Notes under the pieces: model-generated
Seen by the model: only the letters and a program-made list of their open reading frames with translations
Database searches by the model: none
Told to the model about the DNA's origin: nothing
Shown here: positions 25,401 to 35,400 of the stretch, in pieces
Layout: every line of letters starts with the position of its first letter
How positions within the stretch are numbered: the stretch's first letter is position 1
Made by a program: the position numbers and the translations under genes
NCBI GenBank assembly: GCA_012862495.1
Contig: BLSG01000182.1
Span: forward strand, 101,047 to 150,238
DNA length: 49,192 nucleotides
Origin: Thraustochytrium aureum
Taxonomy: Eukaryota
Direction of reading: 5' to 3'

Positions 25401-26526
25401 GTCAAGAGCATGCCAAGGCTTGGACAAGACGGCACCTCCGTGTATGGCTATGCTGTTGAGCACCACACCCTCGAGCTGCAGCTTCGCCTGTGGCGTGCCC
25501 ACAATGACGACGTTATCATGCATGGCACCCCGCCGCCTTGCACCCGACTTCTACCGTTGAAGAACTCGGTGTGGAACCACTTCATGGGCAACTGTGACGT
25601 CGCACGGGGCTGCATCAACTCGTCTGGGGCAGTTTACGCTGGCCTCAACCCCTTCTCGCTCATCTGGTCCACAATGTTGAGCTACATTCTGTACAACACT
25701 TGGCGCCTCTTGCAACTACAGGGCGTGGAGGACCAGATGGACGACTTGGAAGCTTATGGCGACTTTCAAAAAGCCCGGTGCAAGTCCATGACTTTTGAGG
25801 AGGCATTGTCGCTCGTGCTAAACAAGCTTGCCGCCTGCACGCTCGTCCAGCAGCATCCCGAGCTGCAACGCATTGTAGCAGCTCGGCCTCAGCTGGGTGT
25901 CCCGTCTGAGCGCCTGCCTTCGCCAGCGCAGGTCGCGAGCGACCCCAAAGGGCCAACAACGACGTTCAAGACCAACCTGCTCGTGAAGGCAAACACCGAC
26001 GCAACGCTAATCGCGTTTCGCACCGACGGGGCGCCACTGCACGCACTCGTCAAGGATCCCGGCGGTCGCAAACGCTGCCAGGTCTGCTGTGCAAAGTGCA
26101 ACCCTCGAAATGGCGAAACAAAGCCGCACACCTATCGCGCTGGCGCAATTGTCACGACGATGTGCATGGCATGTCGTGTCCATCCTTTGCCGTGAACGGT
26201 GCTTCACGGAGTGGCACGCAAACCCACGAATTCCATACCCGGCATGCATGTTGCGCAAGAGCAAGGACGTTTCCTCCATCTCCACCAGCGCCTGCAGGAA
26301 CTTGGCGGCCCTCCAAGTCATCAGTCCAACCCATGCAGCGTCGAGCTCGAGTTCTGACCACAGATCTCCTGACTCGGCGTTGACACCTCAAAGCGCGCCG
26401 AATCCTCACTCCCAAGATCGGCCTGCGGGCCCCACGCGCTCGCGGCGGAAAAGGGCGATCATGGTCATCCCGTCCGGCGCGGCAGCGACCAACAACTCCC
26501 ACCCAGCTCAGGCGTTCGCAACGTAA
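22483..26526 (+). CDS. piggyBac-like DDD transposase with an inserted YqaJ/lambda-exonuclease domain, a SAP-like motif and a C-terminal Cys-rich domain; ~5 frameshifts; 5' end at or before the gap (possible ATG at ~22151)
   Basis: Transposase motifs: VDLDDDKLPF (23021), IHLVASVCTG, MFIDRGY (23273), LLGT, WNHFMGNCD (25572-25598), ILYNTWRL. YqaJ motifs: EQRTPDWFLSRSFRLTSS (23861), IGSATE, GLL...PFVADSPDG (25022), LEFKT (25091), VQLIHH. C-terminus RCQVC...TTMCMACRVHLCRERCFTEWH. Pieced from ORFs 22500, 22583, 24078, 24383, 25143 and 26089. Confidence 0.8.
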
Positions 26527-26807
26527 CATGTTCCTATCAGAACGATGCCGAACAAAAGAATATGTTCGTCTGGACTCTCACCTTGCTCCTATGTGAGCGC
26601 AACAAACTTGCGTTCCGCAAATGTCAAGCTCGTTGTTCATCACGGGACCGCATACCGCGACGCCCAGACATGCAAGGAAGGGCCGGCAAGCTCTCAAACT
26701 CCTCTCTACAGCACCCTGTAGCGGCTCCGCGAACTGGAGAGACTGGCGTGTCAGTCTTCCTGCCAAACGACCATGCTCAAGACGGCTCAAATTAGTTGCA
26801 TTTTTAG

Positions 26808-27025
26808 CGACCCTCAAGAGGAACAAAAGAACACGACCCTCAAGAGGAACAAAAGAACAAGACCCCAAGAGGAACAAAAAGAACACGACCCCAAGAGCAA
26901 AACGATCACAAGGAACAGAACGAACAAGCCCTCAAGAGGAACAAAAGAACACGACCTCAAGAGGAACAAAACGAGCACGAGGAACAAAAGGAACAAGACC
27001 CAGGAGGAACAGAACGAACAAGACT
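26808..27025 (+). repeat. Tandem array of a 26-bp unit CGACCCTCAAGAGGAACAAAAGAACA, decaying rightwards (~8 units)
   Basis: Units start at 26808, 26834 and 26860 (period 26); later copies are degenerate but keep the AGGAACAAAA core. Confidence 0.9.
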
Positions 27026-27174
27026 CCGTCGAGGGCAGGGCGGGTCAGGCGGGCGGCCTCCAGAGCCCAACGGCAGCGCGCGCAGGCGGCCGCTCGCTCC
27101 TGTCCCGGCCTCTTCCCCCTCTCCCTGTGTCTGTCTCTGTGCGTGCTTACCTTGCTTGCAGCGCGCTGCTCTCC

Positions 27175-27226
27175 CTGCCTGCGTGCCTGCCTGCCTGCCT
27201 GCCTGCGTGCCTGCGTGCCTGCCTGC
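27175..27226 (+). repeat. (GCCT/GCGT)n microsatellite upstream of the HVA22-domain gene
   Basis: ctgcctgcgtgcctgcctgcctgcctgcctgcgtgcctgcgtgcctgcctgc is directly visible. Confidence 0.85.
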
Positions 27227-27297
27227 TGCACCGGGACGCGCGGTCGTTGTTGCTGCGGCGCGGCTCGCGGGTGGCGGCCTAGAGGGCCTTCGTCAGG

Positions 27298-28644
27298 ATG
27301 GGGCTGCTGGATTTGATCGCTGTCGGACTGTTTGTCGCGCTGCTGTATAGGCTGCGCGAGAATCATGCGGCGCGGAAGGAGAACGTGGCCAAGACGGTGG
27401 GCGCCGCTGCTGCCGGCCGCACGTCGCCAGCCGCCGGCGATGGAACGCCGGGACAGGTTGCCGGGGAACGATCGACGACTGCGGAAGATGAGGTTGGGAA
27501 AGCGCAGAGCGCCCTGCAGATTGCCGCGACGGCAGGGCAGGACAGCACGACCGTGGCAGTCTTTGTTGGGCTGATCGCCTGCTTGGTTGCGCCGATTCTG
27601 TTTGGGCGCAACACTGCCGAGACGCCAGGAGGAGCCCTCCTGGACGGCGACCAGGTACTGTGGCTGTCTCTAGAATCATTCGCTGACGCAGCCGGCACAG
27701 CAAGGAGCATTTTGGCCGCGCCAACCGTTGCGCACGTCGTGGGCGTCGTGGACTTGGCTGGGCAAGTTGACGCGAGCGCCGTGGGCAAAATGTGCGAGGC
27801 CTTTCTGGACCAAATCGGCCTCGTTGCCGGCCCTGCGTCGCTTGTTTCCGCCGCCCTTGCAACCACCGGGGCGAACGACCTCTACGGCGCTGCTCACCTC
27901 GCGATCGACGATGCCGTGCGCCGATTCTCCTCAGCGTCTCCTGCGAGCCTACGAATCCACACCGTGCATGGCTTTGGCGAGCTCTCTGGGCCAGACCCTG
28001 TCAAGGCCCAAGTGGCTGACTGCCTCGCCGGTGCCGAGCTGTGCGCAATCGTGTTGGAAGACTCTTCCCCGCCCGCGTCTGCCAAGCTCAACGCGCACGT
28101 CAGGTCGGTGCTCGCCGAGACAAGCAGCGCGTTGCAAGAATCTTGCTCTTGCCCGGAGGTCGCTTCAAGGCGCAGAGTTTCGCTCAACGAGCCGCCTGAG
28201 AGCGTATCGCAGCGGACGCACCGAGAGACAGGCCTCGCGGCGGGTGTGTCTGGCGGCGCTGACGACCGCGACGAAGCGCGTGGAGGCGGTGGTCTCAGCA
28301 TTTTCAAGATGTTCTTGGTGTGGCCCTCGCGTTTGCTGGGCTTTATCTACCCGTTCCACCAAACCTATCACTCTATCCGCAAGCGAGAGGGGCGGATGGG
28401 GGAATGGCGGGCGTTTTGGACGCTCTTCGCGATGATCCACTTTGTCGAGGAGGTTTTGTTCCTCGGCTTGACCTTCATGATGGTTCCCTTTCTTTTCTTC
28501 AAACTGCTCTTTATCGCGCGCTGCGTCTTCCCTGATCCGACATTTTCGAAAAGCGCTTACAACGCATTGGTCTTAAACGTGCAGACCGCGCTGGCTATGC
28601 TCGGGCTCCGACCGCACGGCTCTGACAAGCACCACCTGGATTGA
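27298..28644 (+). CDS. Membrane protein (448 aa) with a C-terminal TB2/DP1/HVA22 (REEP/Yop1) domain
   Basis: Uninterrupted ORF with an N-terminal hydrophobic helix and a second one (VAVFVGLIACLVAPILF). The C-terminal LLGFIYPFHQTYHSI...EWRAFWTLFAMIHFVE...PFLFFKLLF...P...AYNAL matches the HVA22/REEP pattern. Confidence 0.7.
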   Translation: MGLLDLIAVGLFVALLYRLRENHAARKENVAKTVGAAAAGRTSPAAGDGTPGQVAGERSTTAEDEVGKAQSALQIAATAGQDSTTVAVFVGLIACLVAPILFGRNTAETPGGALLDGDQVLWLSLESFADAAGTARSILAAPTVAHVVGVVDLAGQVDASAVGKMCEAFLDQIGLVAGPASLVSAALATTGANDLYGAAHLAIDDAVRRFSSASPASLRIHTVHGFGELSGPDPVKAQVADCLAGAELCAIVLEDSSPPASAKLNAHVRSVLAETSSALQESCSCPEVASRRRVSLNEPPESVSQRTHRETGLAAGVSGGADDRDEARGGGGLSIFKMFLVWPSRLLGFIYPFHQTYHSIRKREGRMGEWRAFWTLFAMIHFVEEVLFLGLTFMMVPFLFFKLLFIARCVFPDPTFSKSAYNALVLNVQTALAMLGLRPHGSDKHHLD

Positions 28645-29005
28645 CAGGACCGCCCTGCCGGTCGATAGAGTCGTGCTCGGTATGAGGCATTTGAACATAT
28701 TGCTCTCCGTACTCAGCCGCGCGTCCGTGAGGCCGAGCGTTGTTTGTGCGCCTGCAAATACCGGTACCAGCAAGCTAGTCCATGCACTTCGCGTCGAAGG
28801 CGGCGGCGGGCTTCACCTTCTCTGTTTGATCAAGAGAAGACTTTCACGAAGTAGTTTTTAAAATTAAACCAGTGAACAGGCATGGCAGCTCGGCCCTGGG
28901 CGCCTGTACTGAAGAGCGAGCTAGCGCGTGCGGCTGGCATGCCCTCTCAGAGTCAGAGAGAAAGTAAATAGAGGCACCCAACTTTGAATTCACACGTTTT
29001 GGGTC

Positions 29006-32000
29006 TTATTGGATGGCGCACAAGCGCGACGCGTGGCGCTGCGAGTTGTGATTCAACGGCGAGCCGGGCTGCTCTTTCTTGATGCCGTCTTTGCGCGGCG
29101 GAGCCACCGACTCGAGTTTCGCCTCAATCCGGTCAACGCACTTTTGGAACATGTCCCAAAAGGCTTCCGCAAAGTTGTCGCTGCTTGACGCGTCGTTGCG
29201 AAACCCAAACACCCCTTTGCTGGGATCGAGCTTGCTACTCTTTATCTCCTCGCTGGCCCGCTTGCTTGTGTGTTCCCTGTCCGAGTCGCTTCTTGCGAAA
29301 CCCGAACCCTCTGAGTGGGTTTCCAGCTCGTCAAGGTCGTCGCGGAGGAACGCCTTGGTTGAAGGCAGCACCTGAGTAGACGAAATGCGGGGGAGCACGA
29401 GCTTAGAGGGGCGCGACTGTGGCTCGTTCTCGTCCTCGGAACCAACCTCCTGCCGAAGCTTGAGGGTGTGCCGGAAAGCGTTGATCATCATCCGCATGGT
29501 TCGCGGCTTGACCTTGCCGGACTCTACATACAAGAGCGCCTCTTCCAAGATGACCTTGCACTCGCTGAAAGCGCCGTTTGTGATGGATTGCATGATTGAC
29601 CCCACAGCATAGTCCATGGCTTGTCGTACTCGCTTGCCCGCGTGAGGTGGAACATAAGCGTCACATTGTGCTTGCGCAAGTCGTCTTGATACCGCTGAGC
29701 GAACCAGTTCGCGACTTGCTTGTGATACATGATCTGATCGGCGCGCAGAAGCAGGTCGTAGCAGGTCTGCTGAAGCTTGGAGTGAACGAACTCGTATGAT
29801 TGCGATGCGTTGGCGAGCTGTGCCCTTTGCTCACCTCGCGGGGAGTCTTTAGCAGGGCCAAGTTCTGCCCGCGCTTGGTTGTCGTGACGACCTGCCCGGA
29901 GAAACTCGGCCTTGACGAGATCGCCAAGAATCGCCTGGAGCTGCGTGGTCCCGTCTTTTTGCAGCCGCAAAAACGACCGAGGCACAACCTCCAAAAGCGT
30001 TTCGTACAGAAACTCAACGCCGATCACGCTCGCCGCCTTGAGGCAGCGCTGCTCTGCGTTGCTGAGGCTGTCAATACGTGTCATAAATGCCTTGGTCACG
30101 GCATCTTCCTGGCTCGGCTTCGTCGGGCTCATGACGTCGGCCGTGGATACAGCTGATTGCGAGAACGAAGCGGTGCTCTCCCGCGAGGATCGCCGCATCC
30201 CGCGGGCAACCTCTACGGCCACAAAGGGGTGGCCCGATGACAGCTTGAAGATTCGAAGCATATCGGCCTGAGACCACACTTCCTGCGGAAATACGCGCTC
30301 TACCAGACGCTCAACGTCCCGAAGGCAAAGACGGCTAAGGCGAATCGTCTGAATGTCACCACTGCCACCCGGGAGCTCCTGGACGGACACTTTGATTTGA
30401 AGTGATTTGTGGTCCGTTTTCCCGGCCTTGCCATTGAAGGAAAACGCCCGCTCGCCGCTGCTCGCCAGCGAACCCTTGAACCCGGGGGTTTTGGCTTGAG
30501 ATTTCGCCGTGCAGAGCAAGAGCATCGAAGTCGTTGGGCTCATAATGACGCGCACCAGCACCTCCCAGCTGCACGAGTCCATGTAGTGGACGTCGTCAAA
30601 GGCGGCCACAAAGTTGGCGTTCAACGCGTTGCGCAAGGTGGGCGCGAGAAACAGCCGCAACATGACAGTCTTGATCAGCTGCGGGGAGTCCTGACCGTGG
30701 CCCTGGCCACCGCGGAGGACGTCCGATGGCGCCCACCCAGCAATATTCCAGTCACCGAGCTTGAGCACAGATGCCTTGATTTCGGGTAGCGCAGCAAGCT
30801 CCTCGGCGGAAAGGTCCGACTCCCACTCCTCCATAATTTTGGTGACGCCTCTCTGGTCGAACACGCCCCCCCCGTGCGTGAATAGCTCTGCGCACAGCCG
30901 GGAAATCGCACTGTAGGCCTCGTACGTGTCCTCAGGCCGTAGCTTGACTCGCGCAACTTGGAGACCTTTACTGCGGGCCAGGCCAAGTGCGCTGGTCAGG
31001 AATGTGGTCTTTCCGCCACCTTCGTCGCCCTTGATCAAGAGCACTGTTCCGCCGGGATTGTTGAAAAGTCGTGTCTGCGGAGTCTCCGCGACTCCGCCCG
31101 CGACCTTGACTACCTCTTCGTTGGGGGGCACCTTTGCATGGGCTACGCCGCCCCCGGAAACATTCCGCCCTACCAGGTTCAAGCTGGCAGCCTCTTCCGA
31201 GGAAACGAAAATGGTGAGGTCATCGGGCTCACTGGGGACTGAGATGGCGCATGTTGTGGACCTTCTCAACAGGGAAGGTCTTTGCACGGGCGCAGCAGCA
31301 GGCTTGGGCTTCTTGGAGGTGAAGCTCGAGGACGACGCGCCGCGGATCAAATCTTGCGTCTCGCGAGGTGTTGAAATGCCAGACATCTCCCCAAACGCTC
31401 GGAGTATACTCGACATCCGCCGCGTTGCGACGCGGCTGTTCAGCATGGCCTTGACGTACTTTAGCTCGGCCTCAAAGCCAATACAGGGTTTGGAATCCTT
31501 TTCGTTGACGTGCAATGTGTCCCGTGAGCGCGAGGGAATTACTCGGAAGGCTTTGACGTTGCGCTTGCCTTTGAGCTTGACGTTCGAAAAAGCCTCAAAC
31601 TCAAAAATCGTGCTGGCACCCTGATGAGTTGATTCGTCGCAGACGACTGCAAACACAGGTGTGCCATCCGCATCCGAGTCGTGGCGCATCCCGGACTCCT
31701 TCACGGGATCGTCACGACTTTGCCTGGCGCGATCCTCCGCTGCAGAGGCTGACAGAGCGTTCCGTGATGCGTTCATTTCATAGGACGACTTGCTTTCGGA
31801 GCTCACCTTGCTCTCGATCCGTTCGCTGATCTCATCGACGCCGTCGTATTCAGGACCGAGGCTCGCGTGCTCTGGTCTCGGCTTGATGTCTGTGTTGTTA
31901 ACGTTCTGGGACGCTGTTGGGGGCGTAGATTTGTGACTGCCGCCAAAGGTCTTCCACGCAAAAGACATGAGCCTCGCTGACAGGTTGACCGAATCGCCCA

Positions 32001-33548
32001 CCAAAGCGTACTCGCGCCGCACCCGGCTGCCAACGACGCCGATGTATGCCGTCCCGGTTGTAACCCCCGCAAACGCGCGGACCCCGAATTTGCTTACCCC
32101 TTGCGCAAAGCCTATTGCGAGTTTGAGGCCTCGGATTCGATCGTCCATGTGCACGCACTTCGGGACCCCCAGAGCGAAAATCAGAACCATGCCCTTGTCA
32201 TCGACGAGGAACTGGCGGAGCATAGCATTATTCTCATGTGTGCAGCGCTGCGCCACTGCAACAATATCCTCGACAAGTGGAAGCATCGTGCCACTCTCAT
32301 CCGCCAAGGCCGACTCAATGCGAGGGCCGTCTAGCTTGACAAACACCACCGTCACCTCGCGGATCTCGGCCTCTACGGAAACGTGAGGCGTTGGCGAGTC
32401 GAGGTCGAGCTCGGGCGGCGGGGGCACAAAGGCCAACGCCTTGCAGGCAATCCCGCGCACCGAGGGGTGTGTGAAAACCGTTTCGTCGTCTTGAGCCTGC
32501 AGCTGGCCCTGCGCCGATCTCGATCGTGCAGCTGACTGCGCCTCCAATCCCGCGGCGAGCAGGTCGTCCACGGAGGCCTCGCAACGCGAAGTCCTAATAT
32601 CGGTAACACGGCGAAAGCCCGGCAGGTTTGGGATCTCGGTTGTCTCTGCTAGACCTTGGAGGACATCGATGGTGCTTGGTGCTGCGACGAGCTGTTGGGC
32701 AGAGGCTGCGGTGACCGCATCTCCGAGCTCCTTGAAGAGCGGGCTCATCGCCAAGAGCTGGAACTCCATCTTGTGCCCGCCCGCCACGTACATGTTGAGT
32801 ACGCCAGACGCAACGCCCAATGGAGGTTGAGCTTTTCGCTGCCGAAACGGGGCCGAGCAGCCGCAAGCTCGAGCCCGCACCTAACGCAAGCCGCAGCGTT
32901 GAGCCGCATGCGAAGCTTGATTTCGATGTTGTCCTCCTCGTACAACCGCGAGCCGGAAATAGCAGACCGCAGGTATTTCGCGCACAGCCTGCTCTCGGTT
33001 GTATTGTCTCGTGCCAGGCCTCGCACGGCGTCGGCCACGTCTCGTGTGGGGGTCAGAGAGAACCAGGATATGATCAAAGCGTCGCCCGCGAAGTTGAGGA
33101 TGTCTCCACCAAACCGCGTGATAATATCGATGAGCTCAGAGAAGCAGTCGTTGATGCCTTTGCTGAGTTTATCGAGCCCTTCGACACCCTCGGCGCACAG
33201 CTTCTCTGACACTTTGCAGAAACCGGAAACGTCGGCGAGCATCAGGCTGCAGTGCGCTTTGTGAACAGACGCCCATACCGAGTGATCGAGAAGGAGGGAC
33301 TCGCTTGGGTCCACGCCTTCTTTGATTGAAGCAGCTTTCAAGCGCTCTTGCTCAATCGTGAGGACCTGCCGCAGGGCTGCTGGGGTGTAGGCCATTACGT
33401 CGCGGGCTAACGATTCTGGGAGTTCTTCCGCGTAGCGCGAGTTCAGCTCGCCTATTCTTTCCACGTAAGCCCCCAAGTTATCATCGTCCACCAAGCCGAT
33501 GCTCGACATCCTGTTCGGCAATGCTTTGGGGCTCAGCGCTCCATCCAT
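29006..33548 (-). CDS. ADCY10: Soluble adenylyl cyclase-like protein (two class III cyclase domains plus a STAND P-loop NTPase); frameshifts at ~32822 and ~29612
   Basis: C1: LMLADVSGFCKVSE...FGGDILNFAGDALI. C2: AEIREVTVVFV...QFLVDDKG...AGVTTG...RREYALVGDSVNLSARLM. Walker A GDEGGGKT, Walker B FDDVHYMD, SSGHPF, LKAASVIGVEF, YEFVHSKLQQTCYDLL. Confidence 0.88.
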
Positions 33549-33950
33549 CTTGCCGAGCGCCTCCTCGCGCTGCCGCGACCCCACTGGGCCCTGGCCGCTC
33601 CCGCGGCCCAGGCCCTTCCCCTGGCGAGCCCTACTCCGCCAAGCGCCACCGCCAGGCGGCCGCAGTCCGAGCCGGCCGCCAGCCCCGTCACCACGCCCGA
33701 CCTACCCACGCTCCACGCGCTCCAGGCGAGCGCCTTCGCGAGCTGCGCGCAGCTCCTGCTGCTCCTGCAGCAACGAGCNNNNNNNNNNNNNNNNNNNNNN
33801 NNNNNNNNNNNNNNNNNNNNNNNNNNNNNNNNNNNNNNNNNNNNNNNNNNNNNNNNNNNNNNNNNNNNNNNNNNNNNNNNNNNNNNNNNNNNNNNNNNNN
33901 NNNNNNNNNNNNNNNNNNNNCGATGGCTGCTGCGCTACGTTGACTGCGTT

Positions 33951-35400
33951 GTGCTGCGCTCCGCGGGGTCGATCGAGCCGATAGATGCGTTGAGCGCCAG
34001 CCACTTCGGCCAATTGGGCGCGATTCGCCCCTTGCGGCGCATGCGCACTCGGCCTCTTCAACGCATCTCTCCCCCGCTGAGGCCGTGCAGGGTTGATTTG
34101 CTCGTTGCCTGCCCCCTGCGGGCGCGCCAGCGAGGCCATGAGAGCGGCCAGGCTGCCGCCGAGCATGATGGCGCCTCTCAGAGCCCGCCGAGCTCGCGGA
34201 CTGTGCAAGCAGCGCAAGAGCGGGCGAGAGAGCGGCCAGCAGATGTGCACGCGATTGAGCTGGCCGTCGTTCAACACGGCTGTCAGGTGTCTCGGGCTTC
34301 GCGTGAGGCGAAGGCAGCGAAACGGAACATAAAGGAGCGCGTCTGGCAAACCTGAGGGTTGCTCGCCACGCATTTTCTGCTCCTGCGCCACCGTTCAACG
34401 GACACGGTCGGATGTGAGGCGCTGCACGCGGTTGTAGATTACCCCTCGCTTCTCCACCGCTGTTCTGCGTCCGAGTACGAGAAGACATGCGTATGGGAAG
34501 CGAGCAAAGGGCATGGCCTGGCAAGGAAGGAGGCCGGGAAGGTGAACCAATCGGGTCCAGGGAGCGAAAATTCCGCGCTCTCGCCAACCTGGAGGCCATT
34601 CCTGTCTCGTCTCGTGCACAGTCGTGCTACTCGCTGCTTGCAAAGAGGAATGAGCGGTTCTCTAGAGCAGTCTCGAGCCCGATGGTCCCACTTCGACCTC
34701 ATCAACGTCAGCTTCCCGGTGCGAGCGCTCTCTGGAGCTTGAGCTAGTTGCGCAGCGTTCGCAGAGCGGCTCGGCATCGCGGCGCCAGGAGCGCCAACTC
34801 GCTGCTTGCGCCGTCAATGTGGCGAGAAGACAACCCGCGTCGAATCCGAAGGGCCGAAACGCCCCAGCGTCACTCAGCAACCACCAGCTTCAATAGCAGC
34901 CACATCTCCATCGCGCCGAAAGCGGGATGGGCTTGGCTTCCACTTCAAAAGTCTGTTGTTGGAGTCCACAACGCTCGAGGGCGTGTGGAGTACGCGAGGG
35001 GGAGCGCAACTTCAAGAAAGGTGACGCGCAAACTGAACAGCGCTGGCATTGGCAACGCTCACGCCTTGCACGAGCACCATGGGCCGTCAAGATCTTTGGC
35101 GCGCGACGCTGAGGAGGTCGCGAAAGCCGGCGTTGGTCAAGTCGGCAACATTCGGTCGGTCAAGTCAGTCTGGCGATTCTTCAACTTCACCAACTCCTTG
35201 GCAAGCGTGGCATGGTTGTCTGCCCAGCCAAAACCTTCGCCAACCTGGAAGAGACCATGGCTGAGCGCGTCAACGTGAACATCGACCAGATCCTGGGCGG
35301 TGACAACAAGCAAGTAACCTTTGCAGTCGCGTCAATGATGGAGACCGTGCTCCAGCAGCTGCACGGACTGCAACCTAGCATTCATCGATCACCTTGCAAA
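33951..35400 (+). pseudogene. Possible decayed coding relic of unknown identity
   Basis: ORFs 33951-34355, 34359-34742 and 34806-35024 share one frame separated by TGA stops. A protein-like stretch (FANLEETMAERVNVNIDQILGGDNKQVTFAVASMMETVLQQL) lies at ~35235-35370. No recognisable family. Confidence 0.25.

Larger units (their letters stand above)
19019..27025 (+). mobile_element. Putative DNA transposon block (piggyBac-related) with an accessory ORF and a transposase-exonuclease fusion; boundaries approximate
   Basis: Contains a piggyBac-like DDD transposase and a Zn-finger ORF. Third codon positions are visibly more A/T than in the dynein gene. AT-rich spacers lie at ~18980-19160 and ~21930-22100, and a tandem array at 26808-27025. 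Ends are not defined by TIR or TSD. Confidence 0.55.

Noticed and set aside
26808..27025. CRISPR-like array
   Set aside because: The units are head-to-tail with no unique spacers, there are no cas genes, and the context is eukaryotic.
26621..27316. K/R/N-rich ORFs over the tandem array
   Set aside because: They are open in several frames only because the repeat lacks stop codons.
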